DNA from: a virus
Taxonomy: Duplodnaviria; Caudoviricetes
Length of the DNA stretch: 56,495 bases
IMG/VR virus record: IMGVR_UViG_3300021962_000129
Span: 1-56,495 of that record
Direction: 5' to 3' (one strand)
A program made the translations under genes and the position numbers. Below the pieces are notes generated by a model, which ran no database searches, was not told the DNA's origin, and saw only the letters and a program-made list of their open reading frames with translations. Below, piece after piece: positions 47,472 through 56,375 of this stretch (position 1 is its first letter; each line of letters begins with the position of its first letter).

Positions 47472-49468
47472 TATGGAACCCTTCCAGATTTATCTACTCT
47501 TCTAATTACATTTTCCACTTGACCTCTTACTAACTCCCCCAGCCTGTCAGCACTAACTGAATTACCTTTTTTAATCTCTGATAAAATATCTAAGAATACT
47601 TCATCTTGAGTAACTCTAGATTGTAAAGCTCTAGCTATACCCCCATAAAAAGAATCTCTTATAGATACTTCTCTATCTCGTTGTTGAGACATCTGACTTT
47701 GATTAAAATTATTTAATGTTTGTAAATTTGAAGTATTTTGCTGAATGGCTTGAGTTTGTTTTTTAGTTTCGTCTTCTTTTTTAGATCCAAAAAAATCTAA
47801 GGCTTCAATAATCGACATTATTATTCCAACAGCCATTCCAATAGGTCCTAATAAACCCAAAATTCTTGATCCAAAAAGGACAACTCCTTTTCCCATACCT
47901 CCACTAAACATTCCTGCTATGGCTGGCCCTATGCCCTTGATTTTATCTGAGGCTAGCTCCATTAAACCTTTTTGTGAAGATAATAAAGATTTATTAAATA
48001 TTCCTAAAGAAATATTAACTTGAGCTAGTTGAGTAATCATACCCACAAGTGTTGTTCCAGCTTTTAATAAAACTCCAACCCATATAATTAATTCACCTTT
48101 ACCATCTAATATAGATTTAGTAAAGCTTACTATATTTGTCAATAATGGAATAAATTGTTGTTTTAATTCTAATATGACAGCATTAAAAGATGTATTTATT
48201 TCTATTTCTCTAGCAGCCAATTTTTGCTGCTCATTCATTGTTCCGTTGAACACCTGAACTAATTGACTAGCTTGTAGTAAGGCTGGTCCAAACATTCCAA
48301 ATAGTTGAGAGCCTATAACTGTTTCTGGTAACCCTGCTCCTCCGGCTTGAGCACCTAAACTCTGAGAAAAAGATCCTAACCTCTCTACAATTTCTTTAAA
48401 AGATGATTTAAATTGTTCAGGATTAGACGCTCTTTCTAATTCACTTATTAATGCTGCTAAACTAGGGTCAACCGCTGCTACTTTAGCAAACGTTTCAGGA
48501 GTTGTTAAACTATTAATAAGTCCTGTAATTTGATCTTGCCCTATTTTAAACTCAGAAGCTAGTCCTGCTAAATTAGATGTAAATTGAGGTCCGAATCCTA
48601 GGGCACCCATAACATCTAAATTCTTTAAACCACCTATTACTTTTATAAGGTCTTCTGTTTTTACGTTGTAACTTTCTGCGTTGTTTTGTAATGCTAAAGC
48701 CATTTGATTCATTTGATTTGTATTGGCTTGCATTGTAACTGAAAATTTTATAAAATCATTTGTAAGAACACTAGTTTTCTGACCAGTCAAATCCATCTTT
48801 GCAGCAACTTGTAATAAACCTTTAAAGTTGCCTCGTAATCCTTGATTCATTAAATCAGCAGCATTTGCAAAATTTTGAAATTTATCTCCAATTAATCCGT
48901 CTAATTCTGCTGCAAAAGTCGATTCAAATTTAGGAATACTAGTTCCCATTCCTAATAATTTTTGTTGTAAGTTTTCAAATTGTTGTGGGATACTAAGTAT
49001 CGAAGTATTTAATTGTCCCATCAAATTTTTATGTATTTGAAGTATGTCTATCGCTGGTCCAAGAGAAATAGGTAGAAGACTAAATAAATGAGCGGCATCA
49101 TAAACGTTTTCAGCAACTTGAGTAATAGCATCACTAAACATTCTTAGGTTAGAGAGCTTATAAAAGTTTGTTTCGTCTTGATTTGATCCACCACCACCAC
49201 CTCCACCACCACCTCCACCACCACCTTGATTTATATTATTGGTAGCATTTTGAAAAGCATCTACAATACTCTTTGAAGCTGACACTAAAGGTGATAAAAC
49301 CTTACCACCTACTACTTTCTTAAAAGCGTCCGAGGTTCTAGTTATGGCATCTACAAATTTTGTAGATTCAACGTCTAAAGACGCGGCAGCAGTTTGAAAC
49401 GACTTTGATAATTGACCTAAAGAGTTGTAAAGGTCTGCTAATTGTTTATTTTTGTTAGGAGTCGCCAT
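47471..49468 (-). CDS. Putative tape measure protein
   Basis: 665 aa, helical Ala/Leu/Gln-rich, hydrophobic segments with LLGPIGMAVGII; first gene of the baseplate operon. Confidence 0.7.
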   Translation of the reverse strand: MATPNKNKQLADLYNSLGQLSKSFQTAAASLDVESTKFVDAITRTSDAFKKVVGGKVLSPLVSASKSIVDAFQNATNNINQGGGGGGGGGGGGGSNQDETNFYKLSNLRMFSDAITQVAENVYDAAHLFSLLPISLGPAIDILQIHKNLMGQLNTSILSIPQQFENLQQKLLGMGTSIPKFESTFAAELDGLIGDKFQNFANAADLMNQGLRGNFKGLLQVAAKMDLTGQKTSVLTNDFIKFSVTMQANTNQMNQMALALQNNAESYNVKTEDLIKVIGGLKNLDVMGALGFGPQFTSNLAGLASEFKIGQDQITGLINSLTTPETFAKVAAVDPSLAALISELERASNPEQFKSSFKEIVERLGSFSQSLGAQAGGAGLPETVIGSQLFGMFGPALLQASQLVQVFNGTMNEQQKLAAREIEINTSFNAVILELKQQFIPLLTNIVSFTKSILDGKGELIIWVGVLLKAGTTLVGMITQLAQVNISLGIFNKSLLSSQKGLMELASDKIKGIGPAIAGMFSGGMGKGVVLFGSRILGLLGPIGMAVGIIMSIIEALDFFGSKKEDETKKQTQAIQQNTSNLQTLNNFNQSQMSQQRDREVSIRDSFYGGIARALQSRVTQDEVFLDILSEIKKGNSVSADRLGELVRGQVENVIRRVDKSGRVP
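49187..49225 (-). repeat. GGT/GGA repeat encoding Gly13
   Basis: (cca)n with interspersed cct on the plus strand. Confidence 0.9.
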
Positions 49469-49482
49469 AAATACTCACTTAT

Positions 49483-49490
49483 TATCTAGG
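49483..49490 (-). promoter_or_regulatory. Putative late promoter CCTAGATA
   Basis: TA-N-ATA motif in the 22-nt gap before the tape measure gene. Confidence 0.55.
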
Positions 49491-50174
49491 TTAAGTCTTG
49501 ATGTTTTGTATCTTTAAAGTAGATAAGTAGCTTACCCTATTGGCATTAAATGATCTAAAATTATCATAGCTTACATAAGAACGTAATCTTGGATCGGTTA
49601 CAGCATTTGTAAATGTAAATCCAGTAGATTCTCCTTTATTAGAAGTTTCAATAGAATTAATAGTTTTTAATAAGCTATAAACTTCTTCCATACTTTGCTT
49701 GCTTATATCTATAACCTTTAAGTAGATTTCGTTATTTTTTGCTTTAAACCAAGTCCTATCTGGACCTTCAGAGCCTCCAACTACAAATCCGGTTCTATTG
49801 CTTATTGATCCATTTTCGTCGATATACTGGAAAATAATAACAGACCCAGACTTTAAAGTTAATATACGTTCAAATTTTTCTTTTATGTATTGATTAACTT
49901 TTTCAGTTTCAGTTGCTTGTCTTGTAATTGCTCTTAGTTGATTATCCTCTGGAACCCTTTGGTTGTCTCTTTTTAATCGAGCTTCAACTGCATTAGATAT
50001 TGCTCCAGAATACTTTAAAAATTTTATTTTATTAATACTAGTTAGAATGGTAACATGCAAAGCTCTGACTATAGAATCAAAAGCTTTTACGAGTATTTTC
50101 TTAGCTTCAGTAGTAACGTACCCTCCAGCCTCAACTGTTGGTAGTAAGTCTCTAACTTTAAACGTTTTTCTCAT
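49491..50174 (-). CDS. Hypothetical protein with WYL-like C-terminal pattern
   Basis: IIFQYIDENGSISNR...WF...FRSFNANRV. Confidence 0.5.
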   Translation of the reverse strand: MRKTFKVRDLLPTVEAGGYVTTEAKKILVKAFDSIVRALHVTILTSINKIKFLKYSGAISNAVEARLKRDNQRVPEDNQLRAITRQATETEKVNQYIKEKFERILTLKSGSVIIFQYIDENGSISNRTGFVVGGSEGPDRTWFKAKNNEIYLKVIDISKQSMEEVYSLLKTINSIETSNKGESTGFTFTNAVTDPRLRSYVSYDNFRSFNANRVSYLSTLKIQNIKT

Positions 50175-50267
50175 TTTTTATAAAATTTTTTATTTTTGTG
50201 AGACGATTTTAACTTTTAAATCTATATTAAATAACCCTTTCAATTGTATATAGAAACTTGAGCTTAT

Positions 50268-50561
50268 ATGACTAACATAGATGAATACTTAATAGAGACT
50301 TTAGACTTAATAAACTACACATTAAGTGATAGATTTATAGAGAGATGGAGATATAGATTTAGTGAAAGATTCTTAAAGTTATTCCAGACAAAGTTATTGG
50401 AATCAATAAAGAATCAAAAGCCACTTAAGATACAAACATTGTATAATTATCTAAGTACAAAATGTGGCTACTCGAAAGATCAAGTACTTAACTTCTTTGA
50501 AGCATTAGAGCTTAGAGAGATGTACTCACCTTTAGTTATTGGTAAACTTACTGCTTCTTAG
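50268..50561 (+). CDS. Small hypothetical protein
   Basis: 97 aa, helical; fills the gap between flanking minus-strand genes. Confidence 0.6.
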   Translation: MTNIDEYLIETLDLINYTLSDRFIERWRYRFSERFLKLFQTKLLESIKNQKPLKIQTLYNYLSTKCGYSKDQVLNFFEALELREMYSPLVIGKLTAS

Positions 50562-51339
50562 ACTCATCCAGCTTCTTCTTTAGCTCAGTTTGCTCTTCTA
50601 TTTTCTTAGCTACTTCTTGTTGTGAGCAAAATGCTGGGCACATAGGCTGATACTCACACCAATCGCAGAATGTGTTTCTGCTAGGGTTAAACTCGTCAGC
50701 CTTCTTTTTGCGAATTTTCCAAGCACGGTCAATAGCTTCTTTCTTCCACTTATTGATGCTGCTTTGTGGAAATTGAATGTCTACTAAATTACCTGACATT
50801 GGGTAGTAGTGAGCGCAATAAATATCCTTCAGGTCTTTTTTGAATATTTGACTTGCCGCGAAAGCGTAACCTTTTAATTGATTGTCGTTAAATAATTGAA
50901 CTCTAGACTTTTCAGACTTAGAAGTCTTGTAATCAATAATTAAAATCCCACCGTCTTTCCCTTGAACTATTCTGTCAATAAATCCGGTGTACTTAATATC
51001 TTCTGCTAACTCAAGGGTAAATTCGTACTCAGTTGCTATCGTCTCACCCAGCTTTATGTTAAAGCGTAAAAAGTTCTCTAGACAAGTTCCTACCTTGTCG
51101 TTATAATGAAATGGAACTTTGTAAGATTCCTTCAGTTTCTCTGCGAGTTTTTCAAGATCTTTGATATCATTTAGTTGGTGCCCATCTTCAAAAATTTTAT
51201 GTATGTAAGAACCAAAGTTCAACGAGTCCTCATTCTTGGAAGGAAATCCGGGGAACTTCCTAATATATTTATACTCGTACTTCTTCAAACATTGGTCTAT
51301 AACGTCACTTTTAGTATTGCTTAAGGTTGATAAGAACAT
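50548..51339 (-). CDS. PD-(D/E)XK exonuclease, RecB/AddB/Cas4-like, with Fe-S ligands
   Basis: N-terminal Cys, GSYIH, GFIDRI, IIDYKT, QLKGY and CDWCEYQPMC. Confidence 0.9.
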   Translation of the reverse strand: MFLSTLSNTKSDVIDQCLKKYEYKYIRKFPGFPSKNEDSLNFGSYIHKIFEDGHQLNDIKDLEKLAEKLKESYKVPFHYNDKVGTCLENFLRFNIKLGETIATEYEFTLELAEDIKYTGFIDRIVQGKDGGILIIDYKTSKSEKSRVQLFNDNQLKGYAFAASQIFKKDLKDIYCAHYYPMSGNLVDIQFPQSSINKWKKEAIDRAWKIRKKKADEFNPSRNTFCDWCEYQPMCPAFCSQQEVAKKIEEQTELKKKLDESKKQ

Positions 51340-52354
51340 GATTTCGCCTAGTATTATTAGAGAGTACTTGCTACAGAAGTTTACAACTAATTATAGAATT
51401 TCTAGCGATAACTCAGAACTTATCGTTCCAAGCATCTTTAGAGAGCATGATCCAAAACGTCACATGTCTATTAACATGGACACCGGACTTTGGAGATGCT
51501 TTAAGACTGGTAATAAAGGAAACTTTATTAGTCTATACTCTCAGATGGAGAGTATACCCTATAAAAAGGTTTATGAAAAGTTCCTTATTGAATCTTTTTT
51601 ACATAACGAACAAGAGGAACTTAATTCCAGCGGAATCTCTTTAAAACCTACTTGTATTTCTAAACAGGATGAGGATTACCATACCTTTATCCCTTTAGAA
51701 CTTGATCAGGTGCCCGAGGATGCCTCTATTTCGCTTGCTTGGGTATACCTGTATGACAGAGGGGTATGGGACTTTGAAGGGGCTGAAAGGACGTTCTACG
51801 TCGCTACAGAGGGCTTCTTTAAGGATAGGGTAATAATTCCTTATAATCTACCTAATAACATAAAGTTTTTTCAAGGTAGGGCTTTGCTTTATGATATACA
51901 GCCAAAGTACCTTAACTCCAGAAACATGAAAATGCGGAGTGTACTTTATCCATTTAAGTATGATTCAACAGAACCTCTTTATGTTTGCGAAGGAGCTTTA
52001 GACGCAATTACTCTTCAAAACTGCGGTCTTAATGCCACAACAACGATGTCTTGTCATGTATCTAAAGAACAAATGAGTCAACTTAAACAATATCAAGGAC
52101 CTATTGTTGTATGTTATGATAATGACCGTGCTGGGTTAAATGGAATTTACGAGTTTAATTATGCTCGAAAGTGGGAGCGTATCTCAAATCTTTATGTATC
52201 AGTTCCACCAATAGGGTGCAAAGACTGGAATGAGTTTTACTTATCTAAAACAAACCGTAAACCTAAATTACTACAAGAGGCAATAAGGTCTAATACGGTA
52301 GATTGTGAAAAGTTTGAGATTACTCTACAGTTAAGTGCATTAAAGGAGATATAA
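51338..52354 (+). CDS. DNA primase (DnaG / T4 gp61-like)
   Basis: RVIIP, FQGR, PKYLN, CEGALDA, YDNDRAG and KDWNE TOPRIM motifs; start at ATG 51338. Confidence 0.9.
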   Translation: MISPSIIREYLLQKFTTNYRISSDNSELIVPSIFREHDPKRHMSINMDTGLWRCFKTGNKGNFISLYSQMESIPYKKVYEKFLIESFLHNEQEELNSSGISLKPTCISKQDEDYHTFIPLELDQVPEDASISLAWVYLYDRGVWDFEGAERTFYVATEGFFKDRVIIPYNLPNNIKFFQGRALLYDIQPKYLNSRNMKMRSVLYPFKYDSTEPLYVCEGALDAITLQNCGLNATTTMSCHVSKEQMSQLKQYQGPIVVCYDNDRAGLNGIYEFNYARKWERISNLYVSVPPIGCKDWNEFYLSKTNRKPKLLQEAIRSNTVDCEKFEITLQLSALKEI

Positions 52355-53258
52355 TTCTTTCATTAAAAATATTGTATTTTGCTTGAATTGAATACATTCC
52401 TTTTATGCTTCCAAAATTACCTAACAGTGCTTGAGGATGAATTTTTAACAAGTCCGTATCCCAAGTAAAAGTTATGGTGTCCCCGGCAGTTATATCTGTA
52501 AATCCTGAAGTATCTGCGAATGATGAAACAGTCACCCTTGCTGGTAAGTTTGCTTCATCGTTCAATTTCATAATTTCTATTGATGCAGACTTAATTACAG
52601 AATCTTTTATAGTGTTTCTAATTTCTTCAGAGATATTCGCGTTTTCAATTGTTAGTTCATTGGCTATTTTTATATCAACCTTTGAACCCAAAACTATTGA
52701 ATTGTTTAGAAGCCTAGATCTGCTTCTGAACATTATTGGTTCAGTTATTGTGTAGAAATTACCTCTAGTTAGTTTAAAGTAATTAAAGATAGTTTCTAAT
52801 TCAGAGCCTGCTACCATCTTAACAGTCCAAACATCAACATAATCTCCTACTGTTGATGCTGAATTTTTTATAACTGCATTATTAGAATTTAGATTTAAGA
52901 TACCTGATTGGTTATTTACGCCGTCGAGGACAACTGCATATTGCCCAACTCCAAGTTTGTAAATACCACTTGCACCCGTTGAGTAATTAACTTCATTAAA
53001 AGCAGTGTTTGAGGTGTCGGCTGATGAGTTGGCAAAATTCATCAAAACTAATGAAGATACTGAAGATGCAATTAATTCATCTGAATTAAGTATCGAACTA
53101 GGAGCAAAGGTGCTATCCTCTTTAAATATGGTTACAGCACTTATTTGATAAGGATCAAAATACTCTCCATCTTGCATGAAAAATACACGAAGGCCCACCT
53201 TTGATAAAATGGGTGGGTTACTGTGTCTGTCATTTACTAAGGTTCCGTCTATAAGCAT
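52320..53258 (-). CDS. Hypothetical, probably structural protein
   Basis: 312 aa, beta-rich, Ser/Asn-rich like the baseplate genes. Confidence 0.6.
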   Translation of the reverse strand: MLIDGTLVNDRHSNPPILSKVGLRVFFMQDGEYFDPYQISAVTIFKEDSTFAPSSILNSDELIASSVSSLVLMNFANSSADTSNTAFNEVNYSTGASGIYKLGVGQYAVVLDGVNNQSGILNLNSNNAVIKNSASTVGDYVDVWTVKMVAGSELETIFNYFKLTRGNFYTITEPIMFRSRSRLLNNSIVLGSKVDIKIANELTIENANISEEIRNTIKDSVIKSASIEIMKLNDEANLPARVTVSSFADTSGFTDITAGDTITFTWDTDLLKIHPQALLGNFGSIKGMYSIQAKYNIFNERIISPLMHLTVE

Positions 53259-53430
53259 CTTCTTGATCCTTTAACTCTTTCATGTAAAATTTAAGAAATA
53301 AGGCTCGTTCTTGTTTAGACATTTTCTTAACATCAGAATATGAAAAACGAGTCTTACTAACTAATATGTAGGCTTGATAAAGTAAGTTTTCAATATTTAC
53401 TTCATCAATTAACTCACTGAAAAAAAATTT
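53230..53430 (-). CDS. gp51-like frame, probably reached by -1 frameshift from the gp26-like gene
   Basis: Open frame FSELIDEVNIENLLYQAYILVSKTRFSYSDVKKMSKQERALFLKFY...; no ATG/GTG/TTG in its first half; begins at AAATTTTTTTT. Confidence 0.7.
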   Translation of the reverse strand, partial: KFFFSELIDEVNIENLLYQAYILVSKTRFSYSDVKKMSKQERALFLKFYMKELKDQEDAYRRNLSK

Positions 53431-54158
53431 GGAGTTATTGGAATCGACACCTCCGTCTCTTTAAAGCATTTAGGGCATTCAAATAGAACTCTAGGATCTA
53501 AACCTAAATCTGGTCGATTTAATTCTTTAATTAGAATTTTAACATCCTTTAAAGGTAATTTTTTAATAAATTGATTAATTACCAGTAAGTCCGAAATGTT
53601 TTCAACAGACTCTACGAAACGATATAAGTTTTGATTTGCAGTGTCAGGATTTAATAAATAAGGTTCATCTTTAACTCTAGGGAATCTAACTTTAATTTTT
53701 CTTTTAGTTACTGGTAAAAGTATTTCTCTGGGGTCGTTTATTTCAGGAGGTAACCTGTTAACAATTAAGTCAGTTAAAGACATTTTTACATTTGATTCTT
53801 TTGAGCATTTAGGACATTCAACGATAAACTCATACTCATCACCGTATGAAATTTGTCTAAGTCTCATAAGAATATAAACTTTATCGAACAAAAGTAACTC
53901 TGATACATTTATACCTTTTAAGCAATCTGCTAATAAAGTATTAATTGGATCAATATCCTTCTTTAAATTAGAAACGACGTTTTTCTCATTTTCAAACGTC
54001 ATAGGCTTTAACATTATCTGAGTTACACCATTGTAAAATCTATTCTCAGAAGGTAACTCAATAATTGTTTCAGTTTCTGCTGGGATATTCTCAAGCAGCT
54101 TGTCTATTACTGATTGACGCTCATCGTCCATACTTTGTGCAATCTTTTTATCTATCAT
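53409..54158 (-). CDS. Baseplate hub assembly chaperone (T4 gp26-like)
   Basis: LPS, KPMT..NEK, LRQISYG, two CPKC, RFPRVKD and terminal NFF; start 54158 preferred. Confidence 0.82.
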   Translation of the reverse strand: MIDKKIAQSMDDERQSVIDKLLENIPAETETIIELPSENRFYNGVTQIMLKPMTFENEKNVVSNLKKDIDPINTLLADCLKGINVSELLLFDKVYILMRLRQISYGDEYEFIVECPKCSKESNVKMSLTDLIVNRLPPEINDPREILLPVTKRKIKVRFPRVKDEPYLLNPDTANQNLYRFVESVENISDLLVINQFIKKLPLKDVKILIKELNRPDLGLDPRVLFECPKCFKETEVSIPITPNFFSVS

Positions 54159-54175
54159 AATTCTACCCTTAATAC

Positions 54176-54184
54176 CTATTATAG
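54176..54184. promoter_or_regulatory. Palindromic CTATTATAG, putative bidirectional -10 element
   Basis: Reads TATAAT on minus and TATTAT on plus, in the 31-nt gap between divergent genes. Confidence 0.55.
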
Positions 54185-54189
54185 TAGGT

Positions 54190-55545
54190 ATGAGGATTTT
54201 AGTAGGCAATCTTATCTCTAGGATAGAAACCGATAACCCGGGTCTACTTAAGGCTTTAGTTAACCTATTCGCTTTCCCTGTTCCCGGTCATGAGTACGTT
54301 CAGGCTTTTAAGCAAAGGCATTGGGATGGTAAGAAGTACTTTATTAATAAAGCTGGTAACTTTAGAACCGGGTTATTAGAACGGGTACTAGATGAGCTTA
54401 AAAGAATAAAATGTACCCCGGAGATAGTTTACGACTTTACTTACACCCCCGGCACGCAAGATCCTACAATTAAAGACTTTGATTTTTATGATTATCAAAA
54501 GAGGGTAATTGATACCGCATTAGAGAAGAGACGCTGCTTAGTTAACTCACCTACCGGGTCAGGTAAGACCCTTATCATGGCTGGCCTGTTAAAGGCACTA
54601 GCACCCAGAAAGACCCTAATCTTGTTTGATGAGAAGGGCATCCTTAATCAAACTTATAAGTTCCTGACGAAGAATTGTAAGTTTACTAATGTAGGAGCTA
54701 ACTCTGGTGACGGACTTGTTAAAGGCCAGATAATGCTCAGTACTTATCAGAGCCTAGAGAAGATCTTTGATGATTACCGTGATTCTGAAGTACTGATGGT
54801 TGACGAGGTTCATAAGTTCTGTAAGGGAGAAGTAACTACAGCAGCCATTAACTCCTTCCCAGCAGCCGTATATCGCTACGGGTTCACCGCAACTCTGCCA
54901 GACAAGCCCATCTATCTGTACGAGCTTGAGGGGGCATTTGGCGGCATTCAGACCACTAGAACGACACAGGAGTTGATTGAGGATCAGAAGCTGTCTAAGC
55001 CGATTATACAGATCCTAAACTATGCTCCTTCCGGTGATTTCAGTGACCTGTCCTACCAAGAACTCTACGATGAACACATTATTCAGTCGGAAGAACGCAA
55101 TAATATGATTGTTAGCATCGTTAGCTTGGCTCAAATGAGGTCTACACAAGGTAGAATCATTATTTTAGTCAAGAACTTAGAGCATTTGAACAACTTAAAG
55201 CGTCTTTTACCTGATGCATTCACGATTGAAGGCGTAAATGACACCGGAGAACGCTACGAAGCCATTAAAAAGTTCCTAAAGTCTAAAAAAACCTCAATAT
55301 TGATCGGCACAAGCGTGCTTCAGACTGGTATTAACATTGAAGAGATCACTCATGTCATCAATGCCAGAGGTTTAAAGGACAAAATACCCACGATTCAAGG
55401 TCTTGGTAGAGGTCTAAGGCGTGCTGATGGCAAGAATCATGTGTATTACTATGATTTCTTCGACCATGTTCCTTACCTAGATGACCATTCCAAGGCTAGA
55501 ATCAAACATTACAAAGACGAAGGGCACGAAATAAAAAGATTATGA
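54190..55545 (+). CDS. uvsW: Superfamily 2 helicase (T4 UvsW-like)
   Basis: WDGK, YDYQ, SPTGSGKT, DEVH, GFTAT, TGIN and QGLGRGLR. Confidence 0.9.
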   Translation: MRILVGNLISRIETDNPGLLKALVNLFAFPVPGHEYVQAFKQRHWDGKKYFINKAGNFRTGLLERVLDELKRIKCTPEIVYDFTYTPGTQDPTIKDFDFYDYQKRVIDTALEKRRCLVNSPTGSGKTLIMAGLLKALAPRKTLILFDEKGILNQTYKFLTKNCKFTNVGANSGDGLVKGQIMLSTYQSLEKIFDDYRDSEVLMVDEVHKFCKGEVTTAAINSFPAAVYRYGFTATLPDKPIYLYELEGAFGGIQTTRTTQELIEDQKLSKPIIQILNYAPSGDFSDLSYQELYDEHIIQSEERNNMIVSIVSLAQMRSTQGRIIILVKNLEHLNNLKRLLPDAFTIEGVNDTGERYEAIKKFLKSKKTSILIGTSVLQTGINIEEITHVINARGLKDKIPTIQGLGRGLRRADGKNHVYYYDFFDHVPYLDDHSKARIKHYKDEGHEIKRL

Positions 55546-55769
55546 TCAAAGCAGAACAATTAGTGGACTCACTTTACAAGTTAACTGACACTCAGAAGAA
55601 CACAATGGAGCAACAGATTGAGTTGCTCAAGCAAATTGTTGTTAAGAATACTATCGACGAGGCCAATCTCAAGTTACTTATAAGCATTATTGGCGAGCTT
55701 AACCTGATTAAAGATGTAATGTTCTGGCGATTTGTCGCGTCTCTCAAGCGTGGTGACAAGAGAGATTAG
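55542..55769 (+). CDS. Small hypothetical protein
   Basis: 75 aa; ATGA overlap with the helicase stop. Confidence 0.65.
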   Translation: MIKAEQLVDSLYKLTDTQKNTMEQQIELLKQIVVKNTIDEANLKLLISIIGELNLIKDVMFWRFVASLKRGDKRD

Positions 55770-56374
55770 GTAATCAGGTAGTATTTGGTAGTTGCGGCAG
55801 GGGGATCGTAATTTATATTAAGATCGATGGTGTCAATAAAATTACTAAGATTTGAATTTGTACCACCACTTGTAGTAAATAAAAATTCTAATTTTACAGT
55901 AAATGTAGTCGTAGAAGATTGATAACTTCCTCCTACTGATTGCTGACCTCCCGATCCTGTTCCATAAAACGTATCATAGAAGTAAGTGCTATTATCAATA
56001 ACAGGTAATGAGTAGTTCCCTAGCAAAGTAGCTACTAAATTAGCTCCATCATAAAGGTAAACGTTTAAAATTGCTCCAGCTAAATCTACGTCGCCTCCGG
56101 GATTAGTACCATCTGTTGCAATATCTATATTACCTAATTCAATACTTGTTACTGTAGACCCAGCAGGAACTCCCCAAGTTTCCCAAGACTCTTCTGGGCT
56201 GATTGAAATAATTACGGAAAAGTCTTCTGCCACAGCAGTATTAGTGTAAAGATTCTTTAAAGCAGCGTTATTACCATCCCAAGAAACTGTATCAGTTCCT
56301 CCACCAGTGTTACTCTCTAAAGAAAAATTCTGGGTGTCAGTATCAAACGTCCAAGATTTAAATACGGATGCCAT
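55766..56374 (-). CDS. Hypothetical acidic beta-rich protein, probably virion-associated
   Basis: 202 aa, Thr/Ser/Gly/Asp-rich. Confidence 0.6.
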   Translation of the reverse strand: MASVFKSWTFDTDTQNFSLESNTGGGTDTVSWDGNNAALKNLYTNTAVAEDFSVIISISPEESWETWGVPAGSTVTSIELGNIDIATDGTNPGGDVDLAGAILNVYLYDGANLVATLLGNYSLPVIDNSTYFYDTFYGTGSGGQQSVGGSYQSSTTTFTVKLEFLFTTSGGTNSNLSNFIDTIDLNINYDPPAATTKYYLIT

Positions 56375-56375
56375 A

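Noticed and set aside
9589-49468. Extracellular contractile injection system or tailocin
   Set aside because: Capsid, protease, scaffold, neck and replication genes are present, so this is a phage.
50175-50267. tRNA or structured ncRNA in the larger intergenic gaps (also 12562-12625, 20257-20349)
   Set aside because: Gaps are under 100 nt, very AT-rich, and show no cloverleaf or stable stem by eye.
50548-51339. Cas4 as part of a CRISPR system
   Set aside because: No repeat-spacer array or other cas genes seen; stand-alone Cas4/RecB-like nucleases are common in phages.
210-52755. Many short antisense or alternate-frame ORFs in the track (for example 1144-1416, 2447-2797, 17848-18165, 39467-39775)
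   Set aside because: They lie within well-supported genes, have no recognisable motifs and look like shadow frames.
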